Positions 1 through 14,268 are shown, counted from the stretch's first letter. The stretch: 40,349 nt of DNA from Salpingoeca rosetta (GCA_033442325.1 JAWQFM010000012.1:1706229-1746577); one strand, 5' to 3'. Numbers and translations: made by a program. The notes: generated from the sequence alone by a model not told the origin.

Positions 1-515
1 TTGCTGGCGTACAAGGCACGCGTGTGACTGTGACCGGTGAGCGTTTGCTTGGAGGCGGAAGCTCCATTGCTGCTGTACAGGTTGCTGGTGTGGAAACACG
101 TGTGATTGAGTCCAGCAACAACACGCATGTTGTGCTGCGAGCAAGCAACGGCACGGGGAGCGGAGACATTGAGCTGATTGCGGACACGGGCGCGAAGACT
201 GTGGCGAATGTGACGTTCAGCTACCTGGAGCTGGGTGTTATTACTGCAGTGCGCCCGGCTATTGGGCGCGTGGGCACGCTCGTGACGATTGAGGGCGAGC
301 GGCTTCAGAGCGGAGGGAGCGCTGTGGCACGCGTTGACCTGGGTGGTGTTCCTGCAACGCTGCTGCACGGCAATGACAGCACGGTTGTTGTGATTTGCTC
401 TGCAGGCAGCGGTGCTGGTGCGGTGCGCGTGACAAGTGACGTTGGCGGCTTTGTGGAAGGTTTGCTGTGGACATTTGTGGACTCACGCATCGACAGTGTG
501 GAGCCGAGTCAGGGC
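1..515 (+). repeat. Long direct repeat copy 1 (matches 13708-14222)
   Basis: Identical by eye to 13708-14222; offset 13,707 bp = 4,569 codons. Antisense ORFs 305-490 and 14012-14197 are identical. Confidence 0.95.
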
Positions 516-3500
516 CAAGAAGGCACCGTTGTACGCATCCACGGGAGTGGGCTGTTTGGGGGCGCGACGGGCGTGGCCTCTGTGACCGTGGCAGGTGTTG
601 CGGCAACGCTGCGCAGCCCAATTCTTGACTACTTTGCCGTGGTTGAGCTTGGCAGCGCGCCTGCTGGTACAAGCGGTGCTGTCGTGGTGGTTGCAGAGAG
701 CGGAGCGCGGGTTGTGTCTTCACAGACGTTCACGTATGCGGAGCCGGCGACCATCGCTGCGGTTTCGCCATCGAGTGGGCAGGTAGGCACTCGCGTGACC
801 ATCACGGGCACGAACCTTCTTGGTGGCGGCGCTGCTGTTGAGCGGGTGACCCTTGCTGGCGTTGAGGCGTCGCTTGTGGCGCAGAGCGCGACCCAGATTG
901 TGGTTGTCGCGTCCCCAAGCCGTGAGCGGGCAGCCGGGCCTGTCGTGGTGTACAGCGATACTGGTGCGTTTGCGCGGCTGGAGAGCGCGTTTGCGTACCA
1001 GATTCCCGGACGCATTTCGACGCTTTCCCCGAGCAGCGGGCAGGCTGGCACCGTGGTTGAACTGACCGGGTTCAACCTGCTTGGTGGCGGAAGCGCGCTC
1101 TCCTCACTGTCTGTCCATGGCGTTGAGGTTGAGCAGGTAACGTTTGCCAGCGATGCGCTCATCGCGTTTGTCGTGCCTCTGACGTCGGTGCAAGGGCTGG
1201 GTGATGTGCGCATTGTGTCGGCGAGCGGTGCCACGGTTGAAGCCGGGGACGCATTTACGCTGCTTGAGCCTGGGCGCATTGTGGGCGTTGCCCCCGAGCG
1301 CGGCCAGGAAGGCACGTTTGTGACGATTGTGGGCGAGCGGCTGCTGGGCGGCGGCGAGACGATTGCGCGAGCGGTGCTTGGTGCAACTGCTGCCGAAGCT
1401 GTTGTATCGTCGAGTGATGCTCGGGTGGTTGTCAGGGCTGGCGCAGCAGTGACCTTTGGGCCTGTTGGCGTGACGCTGTGGGCGGACACGGGCGCAGTTG
1501 TGAACACATCTGCGGGCCTGTTTGAGTACCTGGCACCTGGCATGGTTGCGAGCGTGTTACCTGTGAGTGGACAGGCTGGCACGCAGGTTGTGATTGAGGG
1601 CATGGAGCTGCTGGGCCATGAGACAGCGTTGGAGGCGGTGACGCTTGGCGGCGTGCAGGCGGCGGCGATTCTGAGCTTCAACCGGACGCACGTCGTGGTG
1701 ACTGCTGGAGACGGCCCTGCGAGCACGGGGCCGGTTGTGCTGACTGCAAGCAACGGCTCGCGTGTGACTGGCGGCGCTGTGTGGACGCAGCTGGAGCGCG
1801 GCGCCATTGGCTCGGTGCAGCCGAGCAGCGGCCATGGCGGGACGCGCGTGACGATCACCGGGCAGCGCTTGCTTGGTGGCGGTGCTGCGCTTGCCTCTGT
1901 TGAGCTTGGGGGTGTGCTGGCGACGGAGATTGCCTGGGCCAACGACACTGTGGCTGTGGTGTCTGCCGGTGCAAGCGGCAGCGCGCTCGCTGGTGGAAAT
2001 GTGACGCTGGTGGCGGACACTGGTGCTGTGACAACCGGGTCTGGCCTGTGGGCGTACGTTGCCCCGGCAGTCATCTCGTCTGTGGCGCCGACATCTGGTC
2101 AGGCCGGCACCGTGGTCACCATCCGCGGCAACAACCTCTCCATGGGTGGCGCCGTGCGTGAGGTGTTCCTTGCTGGCATCCCTGCTGTATCTGTTTCGCT
2201 TGTCAATGACAGCTTTGTTGTTGCCCATGCCAGTGGGGCATTGTCGGGGCGGTCTTCTCCTGCCGTTGTACGCAACAACTTCGGAGCTTTCGTGTCGTCA
2301 TCCGTGAACTGGACGTACGTGCCGGCTGGTGCTGTTGACATCACACGCCCTGCTCGAGCCCAGTTCGGCACTCGCGTGACTGTGACTGGGTCCAACCTGC
2401 TTCAGGGTGGTGCTATCATTGCCTCTGCTTCGATGGCTGGGGTTCCTTGTACGGTGCTGTCGAGCAATGATACGACAGTTGTTGTGTCTGTGGCTGGTAA
2501 CTTTGCTGCCACCGTTGCCAGTCCTTCGATGACGCTGGTTTCTGATTCGGGTGCTGTGATCACGTTCACTTCGTCCACAACGGCCGAACCGTCGGGCGTG
2601 GTGACCGCCATTTCCCCGTCTTCTGGTCAGTATGGCACATTTGTCACGCTGTCGGGGACGCAGCTGCTTGCGCATGCATCGAATTTGCGGACTGTGTCCC
2701 TGGCGGGTACGCAAGTGCTGTCGATCGAGTCGGCCACAGAGTCGGAAGTCATCGTGCGGGCCGGCCTGGGCGTAAACGGCACTGCTGGATCTCCCCGGCT
2801 GCGCGCATCTTCGGGTGGCGTTGTGGCTGCAGCGACCGGAGTCAATTTCACGTATGTGCGACAGGGCCGCATCGACACTGTCTCTCCTCTGTTTGGGCAG
2901 CTTGGTACCCTTGTGACTATCTCTGGGGAGCACCTGCTTAGCGGTGGCTCAAGTGCTAGTCGCGTTCTCCTGGCGGGCCTACCGGCTGCCGTTGTCTCGA
3001 GCAACAGCTCAGTGGTTGTGGCACGTGCGCCGTTGTCGAACTCGACATCCATCCGGACCGGCTCCGTTGTGGTGCTTGCAAATACGGGCGCTTTGTCTGC
3101 CGAAAGCTCAACCACATTCACCTTCCGGCCAGCGGGTTTCATTGCAAGCGTGTCCCCTTCATTTGGTCAGCGTGGCACGTATGTTGAGATTGCGGGGAAC
3201 CGGCTGCTCGATGGCTCTGGTTTGCGGGAGGTGCTATTGGCCGATGTGCCAGCCGAGGTCCTGAGCGCGAACGACACGTTTGCGCTCGTTCGTGCGCAGG
3301 CATCCCTGCCGCGTGTTGGTGACGTCGTGGTGCGATCTGACTCTGGGTATGAGGTTGTATCATCTCAGGCGTTTGTCTACATTGCGCCGCAACACCCCGA
3401 CACAGTTGTGCCAGCGTCAGGCCAATTTGGGACGCGCGTGACCATCAATGGAACAGGCCTTTTGGGCGGCGGTGCCACTGTGCAGACTGTGCAGTTTGAC

Positions 3501-6500
3501 GCCGTGGCTGGCTCTGACCCTCGCGTGACGGCAGCTGGCATTGAGGTTTCTGCACCTGGCGGTGCCGCTGGTGTGCGGAACATTACGGTCGTGGCAAACA
3601 CTGGCGCATACTTCACAGTGGCGCGTGCCTTCACTGTCATCGCCGAACCAAACGTGACAGCGATTACGCCGTCCTCTGGCCAAGCCGGCGCGTACGTCAC
3701 TGTGTCTGGCACCGAACTCCTGGGTGGTGGTGCGTTTGCTGAACGCGTGTTCCTGGCCGGCGTGGAGGCGGACGTGGTCACGTCCTCGCCATCGAGTGTG
3801 GTGGTTCGTGCGCCTGTCTCAGTTGCCAAAGTGGGCCCCACTGTGATTGTTGCTGACACGGGAGCCACGACGACCTCGCTGCTCAACTTCACCTTCACCC
3901 CGCAGCTGTCCGTGACAAGTGTGAGCCCAAGCTCTGGCCAAGGCGGCACTCGTGTGACTGTTTTGGGGGCCAACCTTCGCTTGGGCTCGTCTGCGGTGAC
4001 TGGTGTGCTTCTTGGAAGCGCGGCCTGCTCGCTCATCTCTGAGAATGACACGGCTGTTGTTTGTGCTGCTGGCGTCGCCTCGGCGGGATCCGTTCCCGTG
4101 ACAGTTGAGGCGAGCTCGGGTGCTTTTGCTTCGGTCGGCGGCGTGCTTGCATTTGAATATCTGGATGCCGGCGTGATCAATTCCGTTGAGCCCGGGTCTG
4201 GCCAGCAAGGCACGCGCGTGGTCGTTTCGGGGCTGCGCCTGCTTGGCGGCGGCATTCGCGTGGACCAAGCGTTCCTCGGTGGTGTTGAGGCAACGATCCG
4301 GTCTTCATCGGCCTTTGCGGTCACGCTCGCTGCTGGTAACGGCTCCGAGCCGTCCAGCGGTGACATTGTGCTCATCGCTGACACGGGAGCTGTGGTGAGC
4401 CGCTCGGGTATGTGGACGTACACCGAGCCGTGTGGCGTGACAGACGTGTCGCCCCCTTCTGGGCAGGCGGGAACGCTTGTGACGATCACGGGCACCGGGT
4501 TCCCATGCACCGGCAGCAGCGTGTCGACAGTGTCCCTGGGTGGCGTGGGCGCGAGCATTCGCACCCAATCTGCCACCCAGATTGTTGTTGAGGCGCCATC
4601 CGGCTCTGGCCAGGGGGATGTTGTGGTCACGGCGGATGACGGCAGCTTTGCCGTGTCTCGTGGCGGTTGGGAGTTTAGTCGCATCTCAAGCGTGACGCCG
4701 GCTTCAGGCCAGTTTGGCACTGCGGTCACAGTCGCTGGGCAAGGCCTGCGCCTCGGCTTCAGCTCCGTGACGCAAGTGAGGCTGGGAGATGTTGCTGCGA
4801 CAATCCTGTCGGAGAACAACACGCACGTGGTTGTTCGCGCTGGAACAGGCTCTCTCGTCGGTGTGCCGGTGGACGTGCAGGTCATTTCGTCTGGCGCGAC
4901 GACCGTGCAGCAGTCGGTGGCTTGGACCTACCTCCGAGACGGCGTGGTGTCGTCGGTGGTTCCGGTGCAGGGCCAGCGGGGCACCCGCGTGACAGTGCGC
5001 GGTGAGCGCTTGCTCGGCGGCGGAAGCCGCCTCGAGCGTGTCCTGCTCGGTGACATCGCTGTGGACCGCATCCTGTCCTACAACGACACTGTTGTGGTTG
5101 TGGAGGCTGGCCTCTCCAACTCAAGCGCAGTCGTGGATGTGACGCTTGTGTCCGACACGCTGGCGGGGGTCACTGGCGAGAACGTGTTCACCTACGTTGA
5201 GCCAATGACACTGTATGGTTTGACGCGGGCAACTGGACAGGCGGGCACTGAGACTACCCTGCTAGGTCGCAGCCTCCTCGGGGGTTCGCTCGCTGTCACG
5301 GAAGTGCTCCTGGCGGGAACTGGAGCGCAGGTCATCGGCTTCAACGACACGCACGTGACTGTTCGTGCCCTGGCAGGCACGCCCGGTCAAGGCAACGTGG
5401 TGATTCGCACCAGCAATGGTGCTTACCTAGTCGCCATCAACGGCTGGAGCTTCAGCACGCCGGGCGCGATTGCCGCTGTCGAGCCTGTCTCTGGGCAGGC
5501 CGGCACCCGCGTGACCATTGTTGGCTCTCGCCTGCTGGGCGGTGGCTCCCGCGTGGCCAGTGTGGCGCTGGGCTCAGTCGTGCACACGTCCAGCGTGATC
5601 AGTGGCAATGACACACAGGTGGTTCTTGACGCCCTTGCGGGCCCGCCCGGCCTTTCTGATGTCATCATCACATCTGATACCAGGGCCACCGTGACGGCAG
5701 AGAATGTGTGGACCTACTTGCAGCCGGGTGTCATCCAGAGCGTTGATCCCCAGAGCGGCCAGGTCGGCACTCGCATCACCATCGTGGGCAGTGGCCTCCT
5801 TGGTGGCTCTGCTTTCGCTCGGGAGGTTGTGATGGGCAACTCAGTCCCTTGCTCTGTGCTTCGGGGCAACGACTCTGTTGTCGTGTGTGTGCTCGCTGAC
5901 GCTGGTTCACCCGCTGCTGCCGTGGACGTCACGGTCGTGGGTGCTCGCGGTTCACGCGTGGTCGCATCTTTGGCCTTTGAAGTGTTGCCTGCCAGCAACA
6001 TCACCTCGGTGTCCCCGCCCATGGGGCAGTACGGCACCATCATCACCGTGCATGGCTCTCGCCTGCGCGGTGGCGCGGACCGCGTTGTCTCGGCCACACT
6101 CGCGGGTGCCCCGGGCAGTGCGCGAGTCGTGCGTGAGAATGACACTGTCGTCCTCGTGCAGGTCCTCGTGGCGATGCCGGTGGCATTTGCAGACCTGAGG
6201 CTCACCGCTTCCTCTGGCGCGACAGTGACCTTCCCCAGCGCTTTCACTGCCCTCCTGCCCGGAACCATTGCAAGCGTCTTGCCGTTGCAAGGGCAAGCGG
6301 GCACCCGGGTGACAGTCACCGGAGCTCGCCTGCGTGGTGGCTCGGCTGCTGTCACGCGGGCAACCATTGCCGGAGTCGAAGCAACGGTTGTGGTGGAGTC
6401 CAATGACGTCGTGGTTCTGAGAGCAACAGCCGCCATGGCGCATCCATTGCAAGGCCCTGTTGTGGTCGTTGGCGAAGCAGGATCGCTTGTGTCAAATGCA

Positions 6501-9500
6501 ATGATCAACTTCACGTACCTTGAGCAAGGTGTGGTGACCGCGGCTACCCCAGCCTATGGACAGCGCCACACCAGGGTGACGGTGACGGGCACCAACATAT
6601 TGGGCGGCGGCAGTCGCATCGTCAACGCATCATTTGGCGGTGTGAGTGCACTGGACGTGCTGGCATCCAACAACTCCATGGCCGTTGTAATTGCCCCGCG
6701 TCTCCTTCCGGGACAGCATTCAATCCAGCTCGTCGCAGACTCTGGTGCTGTTGTGTCCAGCTCAAACCTGTTCACCGCACGCCTGGAGGGCAACATCACG
6801 TCTTTGATGCCAGGCTCGGGCCAACGCGGAACGCGCATCACCGTCAACGGCAATCGCCTGCGTGGCTCCGGGAATGAGGTTGTGTCTGCTTGGGTCGGCA
6901 ATGTTCCGGCAACCGTGGTCAGTGAGGGCAACTCCCAGGTTGTCATCAGACCCACCAGCAGCGGAGCGGCGGGGACCTCCGTAAGGATCGTGCTCGTTGC
7001 TGACACGGGCGCTCGCGTTGAGACCGCCACCGTGCAGTTTGACTTTGTCCCACCGGGTGACATCCAAGCCGTTGGCCCAGCCTCTGGTCAAGAAGGCACC
7101 CTCGTGACGATCCGTGGCGAGAGGCTGCTGGGCAACGGCACAGCCTTGGCGTACACCTACATTGGTGGTGTGGCTGCCCAGATTGTGAGCGCATCTAACG
7201 ACGAAGTCGTCGTCGTTGCTGGCCGATCAAGCAATCGCTTTACACTGGATCAGCATCCCGTCATCTCGGACATAGTGCTCGTGGCTGACAACGGTGCAGA
7301 GGTCGTTGCTGCTTCGAGCTTCACATACCTGCGCCCGGGCGTCATTTCGTCCGTGTTTCCTCTGTCAGGTCAGGCGGGAACCCGCGTGGGCATCTCTGGG
7401 GTGCGTCTCTTTGGTGGTGGCTCGCGCATTGTCAGCGTGTACCTTGGTGCGACGCAAGCACAGGTCATCACACAAACCGTGCACGCAGTCGTCGTCACCG
7501 CAAAGGCTGGAAACGTGTCAGCATCGCCAGAGCCAATTCGCATCGTGGCTGACACCGGGGCGGTTGTGACCTTGAACGACACGTGGTCCTACGTGCAGGC
7601 TGGGCGCGTCGCTTCGGTCAACCCCGCATCGGGCCACCAAGGGACGCTGGTCACAATTCAGGGCACGAGCCTCCTCGGGGGTGGAACCACTGCCGTGTCA
7701 GTCATGCTTGCTGGTAGCTCTGCGCTCGTGCTCTCCAGCAACGCCACAGATGTGGTGGTGACAGCAGGGCCTGGTGCCCAGAGTTCAGGAGATGTGGTCA
7801 TCGTGTCTGAAACGGGCGCTACAGTGGCTCGTGGCGCTGCTTGGACGTACGTTGAACCTGGATTCATCCAACGTGCATCCCCTGCGTCGGGTACCGCTGG
7901 TACTCGCGTCACAATCACGGGCGCATCTTTGCTGGGCGGCGCCTCGACGCTCGCACGAGTCACGCTTGCGGGAGTGCCTGTGGACTCGATTGATCACCAG
8001 AGCAACGAAGTGGTCATCGTAACAGCAGCCTCAGGCGCGCAACGCATGGGCGCCATCGTGCTCACAGCTGATACCGGCGCTGTGGTGCAGCGGCTCAACT
8101 TCTGGGACTACATCGCCACGCCCGTGGTGGGTGAGATTGAGCCGAGCAGCGGACAGCTGGGCACTGTGGTGACGATCCGCGGCAGCAACCTGCTGGCCGG
8201 TGGCGAAGCGCTGCAGCTGGTGACGCTCGCCGGCGTGCCTGCAGAGGCCATTCTTTCCAGCAACAACAGCGTGGTGACGGTGTCGAGCGCTCAGGGCAGC
8301 GGCGCCACCGGCCCGGCTGTCCTGGTGGCTGCGGAGACAGGCGGTCGCGCTGTGGGCACCCCTTCTGTGAACTACACATACCTTGCTGGCAGCAGCATTG
8401 CTTCTGTGCAGCCTGCGAGCGGCCAGGGCGGCACGTTTGTTGACATTGTTGGCGAGCGCCTTCTGTCCGGTGGCAGTGCAGTGGCGGCGGTGAGCTTGGC
8501 TGGCGTTGCGGCTGAGGTGATCTCGGGCAACGATACGTTTGTGCGTGCGCGTGCGGGGCCATCGGCTGTGACCTTGACAGGCGACGTGGTCGTGACAGCA
8601 GACACGGGAGGCCGTGCCGAGCTCGTGAACGCGTGGGCGTACAACACGGCTGGTGTCGTTGATGCCGTAGTGCCAGGCTCTGGACAGCGTGGGACGCGCG
8701 TCACCATCCAAGGCACGCGACTGCTTGGCGAGGGCACGCGCGCGGTGCGCGTGTCCCTGGGAGATGTGCGTGCACACATCGTGGAAAGCACTGCGACAGC
8801 TGTCGTTGTGGTTTACCCCGGCCGCGTCACGCTTGGCGTGCATGATGTTGAGGTCGAGTCTGACACGGGGTCGGTGGTGTCTGCCCCGGCCGCGTGGACG
8901 GCTCTGGACAACGGCGTGGTGCACTCTGTCAACCCGGATGTGGGCCACGGTGGTACGGTTGTGACCATCCGCGGCGTGCGGCTGCTGGGCGGCGGCGACA
9001 GCGTTGCCGACGTTGCCCTTGCTGGTGTTGTGACTGCCAATGTGGTGAGCGCAAACAACAGCGTCGTGGTTGTCGTCGCTGAGCTTCAGGCGCAGGCGGT
9101 GACACTGGGTGACGTGGTGGTGCGTGCAGACACCAACGCAACGGTGGTGTCCAGCACGGGCCTGTTCGACTACGTGGCCCCTGGCGAGATTGTGAGCGTG
9201 TCGCCGTCGTCGGGCCAGCTGGGCACTGTGGTGACAATTGAGGGCAGGTCGCTCCGCGGCGGCTCGTCTGCCGTGGTTGACGTCGTGCTTGGCGGCGTGT
9301 CTGCGCTCGATGTGGTGTCTGAGAACGACACGCGCGTGGTTGCTGTGGCTGGGCCCAGCAGCGGAGCAACCGGTACGGAGAGCGTGCAGGTTGTGGGGCA
9401 GCAGGGATCTGTGGTTGCTCGTCCCAGCGTGTGGTCGTATGTTGCACCGGCAGAGGTGCTGGATGTGGCGCCCCAGCAGGGCCGGGCTGGAACACGGGTG

Positions 9501-12500
9501 ACCGTGCGAGGCCAAGGCCTGCTGCAGGGCGGTGGGCGTATTGCGCAGGCAACCGTGGCTGGCGTGACAACCGCGCGCATTGTCGACAGCAACGACACAA
9601 CCGTCGTTCTCGAGGCCGAGGTGGCACCGGCAGGCGTCACGCCTGTGGGCGACGTGCAGCTTGTCTCTGACACAGGCGCACGAGTGAACGCAAGCGTGAC
9701 CTGGCAGTATCTTGCTGCAGCTGTGATTGACTCTGTGCAGCCCACAAGCGGGCAGGAGGGCGTTTTCGTTGAGTTGCGAGGCCAGCACCTGCTTGGTGGC
9801 GGCAGCGCCATTGTGGATGCCTCACTTGCTGGCGTTGCTGTTGAGCGCGTTGTGCAGAGCAACGACACGTTTGTGCGGGTTGTTGCTGGCGCGAAGAACG
9901 CGTCTGTGGTGGGCGACGTGGTCGCGCGCGGAGACACAGGTGCCCTGCTGCGAGTTGTGAACGGCTGGCAGTACGCAGTGCCGAGTGTGATCAACTCTGT
10001 TGTGCCGGCGTCTGGGCAAGAAGGCACGCTGGTCACCGTCAGTGGCGTGCGTCTGCTGGGCAGCCTCCCTGGCAGGATCACGTTCGTTGAGGTGTGCGGC
10101 ACAGAGGCCGAGGTTGTGAGCGAGAGCGATACGCTTGTGGTTGCGCGACTGCGGTCCAACGGCGGAGCGAGCCAGCTTGGCGATGTGGTCGTGCGGGCAG
10201 ACAATGGCGCACGCACTCGCGCCGTGAATGGCTTCACGTACCTGAGCACGTCCATGATCGCGGCAGTGACGCCCGCAGAAGGGCAGTACGGAACGCGCGT
10301 GACCATCACGGGCCAGCGGCTGCTCGGCGGCGGTGCGGCGGTGCAGGCTGTGGAGCTTGCGGGCGTTGCAGCAACGGTGGTGAGTGGCAGTGACACAGAA
10401 GTTGTTGTCGCTGCTGGCAATGGCACGGCTGGAGACGTCGGCGACGTGGTGATCACGAGTGACTCCGGCGCCGTGTCTGTTGATGCCCTTGCTTGGCGAT
10501 ACCTGGATGCATCGCACATCACGTCTGTGACACCAAGGCACGGCCAGAAAGGTACAGTTGTCACAATCAACGGGACACTGCTTCGCGGGCACGGTAGCGG
10601 CGTTGCGGTGGTGTTACTGGCCGGCGAGGCTGCGAATGTCCTGTCTGAGAGTGACACAAGCGTTGTCGTTGCAGCGAGCGCCTTTGGCGGCAGCAAGTCC
10701 GGGCCTGTGACGATTATTGCGTCCAACGGTGCCACGGCGGTGTCTACACCAACGGCATTTGAGTACCGCGCCCCTGGTGCGGTGTCTGCGATTGTTCCGA
10801 ACAGTGGACACCGAGGCACGTACGTCACCATCAAGGGCAGCAACCTGCGCGGCCATGGCCCGACGGTGATGAGCGTGACGCTCGGTGGTGTTGCTGGGCA
10901 CATCGTTTCGGAGAACAGCAGCAGCGTTGTTGTGCGCGTGGAGCGGCTGAGCGTCGCCGTTGCGACGCCCGTGGACGTGGTGCTGACGTCGAGGTCTGGT
11001 GCGCAGGTGGCCGCTGCAGGTGCATTTACGTACTTGGTTGAAGGCTCGGTTGCAGACCTGCTACCGGCACAAGGCCAGCGCGGGACAGCGGTGTCGCTGT
11101 CTGGCTCGAACCTGTGCGGTGGCGGTACGGCGATTGTTGCGGTGACACTGGGCGGTGTCGCCGCCAGCCTCAAGCCGACATCCACGTGCAACCTGGTGCA
11201 GTTTGTGGCTGGCAGCCGCAACAATACGGCTGCTGAGGCCGTTGATGTTGTGCTCGAGAGCAACACGGGCGCGCTGATTGAGGGCACGGGCCGATGGACG
11301 TATGTGGTTGAGGGCGCCATCTCCAGTGTGCTCCCACCTGGCGGCGTCGCAGGAACGCTCGTGACCATCCGGGGCTCCAACTTGCTTGGCGGCGGCTCGA
11401 CTGCGGCTGGTGTGACGCTTGCCGGCGTGAGCGCAAGCGTGGAGCAAGCGAACGCCACTCACGTGATTGTCACTGCCAACCGCGGCACGACAGCAGGCGA
11501 CGTTGTGGTGACCAGCGACACGGGCTCGAATGTTGTGTTGCAGGACGGGTTTACGTACAGCCGCATCAGCAGCGTGTCGCCGGCGGAAGGCCAGGAAGGC
11601 ACGCGTGTGCGGTTGGATGGCGTTGGGTTCTTTACAGGCGGCGCCTCCGTGGATCGTGTGGAGATTTGCGGCGTGGCATCGTCTGTGACAAACCAGAGCG
11701 ACAGCCGATTGGACGTGGTTGTGCCCGCAGCCACGACACTTGTGCCACCCCTTAGGTGCGACGTGGAGGTGGTGAGCGCGTTTGGCGTTAGCATTGTCGC
11801 AGCGGACGCGTTTGACTATCTGGAGCCTGGTGAGATTGCTGCCGTGACACCAACGAGCGGGCACGAGGGCACTGTTGTGACTGTGTCTGGCGCGCGCTTG
11901 CTTGGCGGCGGATCCCAGGTGGCGTCTGTGACATTTGCAGGCGTGGAGGTGCATGACGTTCTGACGCAGAGCGACAGCGAGATTGTGGCTGTGCTGCGCA
12001 GCGGCGGTGCTGGGGGCTCGGGCGACGTTGTCGTGGAGTCGGACACCGGTGCCGTCGTGCGGCTTGCGGCGGGCTTCCGGTATGTGCCGCAGGCGCAGAT
12101 CCTGCACTTGACGCGGGCGAGCGGGCAGGTTGGCACGGAAACGACCATCGTTGGCGAGGGCTTGCAGATGGGCGACGTGATTGTGAGCGTGCTGCTGGCT
12201 GGCGTGCCAGCGCAGGTGCTGTCGCAATCGGACGTGAACGTGACAGTGCGGGCGAACACAAGCACGCCAGCGACTGGCGATGTGATGCTGGTTGCAGGGA
12301 GTGGTGCCTTTGTTGAGCTGGTCAACGGCTGGACCTACGACGACGCCGGTGCCATTGAGGACGTGCAGCCAGCGCAAGGATTTGCCGGCAACCTGGTGAC
12401 GATTAGCGGTCGCGGCCTGCGAGGCGGAAGCGCCGCTGTGACTCGCGTCACCCTTGTGGGTGTGCTGGCGACAGAGATTGTGCACGAAAACGACACGGTT

Positions 12501-14268
12501 GTTGTGGTGCGCGCGGGCTTGCCTGTGGATCCGTTTGTGATGCAAACAGGCCGGGTGGTGGTGATGGGCAGCAGCGGAGCCACCATCACCGCGCTGGACG
12601 CTTTTACGTACAACGTTGCTGGCGACATCACAGACGTGTCGCCGTCGTTTGGCCGGGTTGGCACGCGCGTGCGCCTCTTGGGCAGCAATTTGCTTGGCGG
12701 TGGAACGTCGGCAGAGGTGCGGTTCGGCGGTGTGACAGGCGCTGTCACTGCGGTATCTGAGACTGCCATTGACGTCACTGTGCCTGCTGCGTCTGGGCCC
12801 AGCGGACTCGTGAATGTGAGCATTGTCTCTGATAGCGGATCCCATGTGTTGGAGGTTGCAGGCTTCCGGTACACGGCCCCAGGCAGTGTGGCGGCGGTGG
12901 CGCCTTCCAGCGGCCACGAGGGCACAGTTGTGACGATTTCGGGTGCAAGCCTGCTGGCAGAAGAGGCTGACGCTGCCCGCGTGACGCTTGGCGGCGTGAA
13001 CGCGACTGTGGTGTTCGCCAACGACACGCGTTTGGTCGTGGTGGCTGGTGCTTCCTCGACAGCCGGGCTTGGCGACGTGTTTATCGAGACGGTCGGTGGC
13101 GCGCGTCTGCTGGCAGCCAATGCATGGATGTACGTTGCGCAAGCGACGATTACGGATGTGCAGCCTGGCTCTGGGCAGGTTGGCACGCGGGTGACCATCA
13201 GGGGCACGGGCTTGCGCTGCGGTGGCGCAGCAGTGACGAGCGTGCTTCTGGGCTCTGCAGTGGCGCCCGTTGTCACGGAAGACGACACGACAGTAATTGC
13301 GGAGGCGCCAGCACGTGCGGTTGGTGCATCACCTGTTGACGTGACAGTTGTGGCCGACACGGGTGCATATGTGACCGCCGACGACGCGTGGACGTTTGTG
13401 ACAGCAGGCGCTGTGAGCTCGGTGGTGCCGAGCAGCGGACAGGAAGGCACACGGGTCACGTTGAGCGGAACCAACCTGCTTGGGTCTGGCAGCGGCGTGG
13501 ACCAGGTGCTGCTTGCGGGCGTTTCTGCGACAGTTGTGAGCGCAGCCTCTTCTGAAGTGGTTGTGATTACGTCTGCGCTGCCTGGTGGCGTCGTCGGTCC
13601 TGTGACTGGCAACGTGACGGTTGTGTCGACGTCGGGAGCCTTGGTGCATGCTGACACGGACTCATTTACATACGTGCGGGCGGGCGCAGTGACGGGCGTG
13701 TCGCCGCTTGCTGGCGTACAAGGCACGCGTGTGACTGTGACCGGTGAGCGTTTGCTTGGAGGCGGAAGCTCCATTGCTGCTGTACAGGTTGCTGGTGTGG
13801 AAACACGTGTGATTGAGTCCAGCAACAACACGCATGTTGTGCTGCGAGCAAGCAACGGCACGGGGAGCGGAGACATTGAGCTGATTGCGGACACGGGCGC
13901 GAAGACTGTGGCGAATGTGACGTTCAGCTACCTGGAGCTGGGTGTTATTACTGCAGTGCGCCCGGCTATTGGGCGCGTGGGCACGCTCGTGACGATTGAG
14001 GGCGAGCGGCTTCAGAGCGGAGGGAGCGCTGTGGCACGCGTTGACCTGGGTGGTGTTCCTGCAACGCTGCTGCACGGCAATGACAGCACGGTTGTTGTGA
14101 TTTGCTCTGCAGGCAGCGGTGCTGGTGCGGTGCGCGTGACAAGTGACGTTGGCGGCTTTGTGGAAGGTTTGCTGTGGACATTTGTGGACTCACGCATCGA
14201 CAGTGTGGAGCCGAGTCAGGGCTCAGAAGCGACACGTGTGACGACATCTCCTGCAAGAGGGCTGTTTG
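3..14268 (+). CDS. Giant IPT/TIG (Ig-like) tandem-repeat surface protein, internal fragment (open at window start, truncated by gap)
   Basis: Stop-free frame from base 3 to the N gap. ~54 repeats of ~88 aa counted by hand, consensus (I/V)xxVxPxSGQxGTxVTIxGxxLLGGG...V.L.GV.A...S.ND..VVV...GDV...DTGA...(F/W)xY, the IPT/TIG pattern of plexin/fibrocystin-type proteins; many NxS/T sequons. The HTHT tail in the ORF track is read-through into the gap and microsatellite. Confidence 0.9.
13708..14222 (+). repeat. Long direct repeat copy 2 (matches 1-515)
   Basis: Identity ends at ...ccgagtcagggc; 14223-14268 looks like a degraded read of 516-558 running into the gap. Confidence 0.95.

Noticed and set aside
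629-13894. Long antisense ORFs (e.g. 9170-11458, 11061-13142, 3377-4885)
   Set aside because: Shadows of the GC-rich, Val/Gly/Ala-biased TIG frame; low-complexity Thr/Pro/Ala products with no domain motifs.
14223-14268. Apparently diverged TIG variant before the gap
   Set aside because: Looks like a low-quality contig-end version of 516-558.
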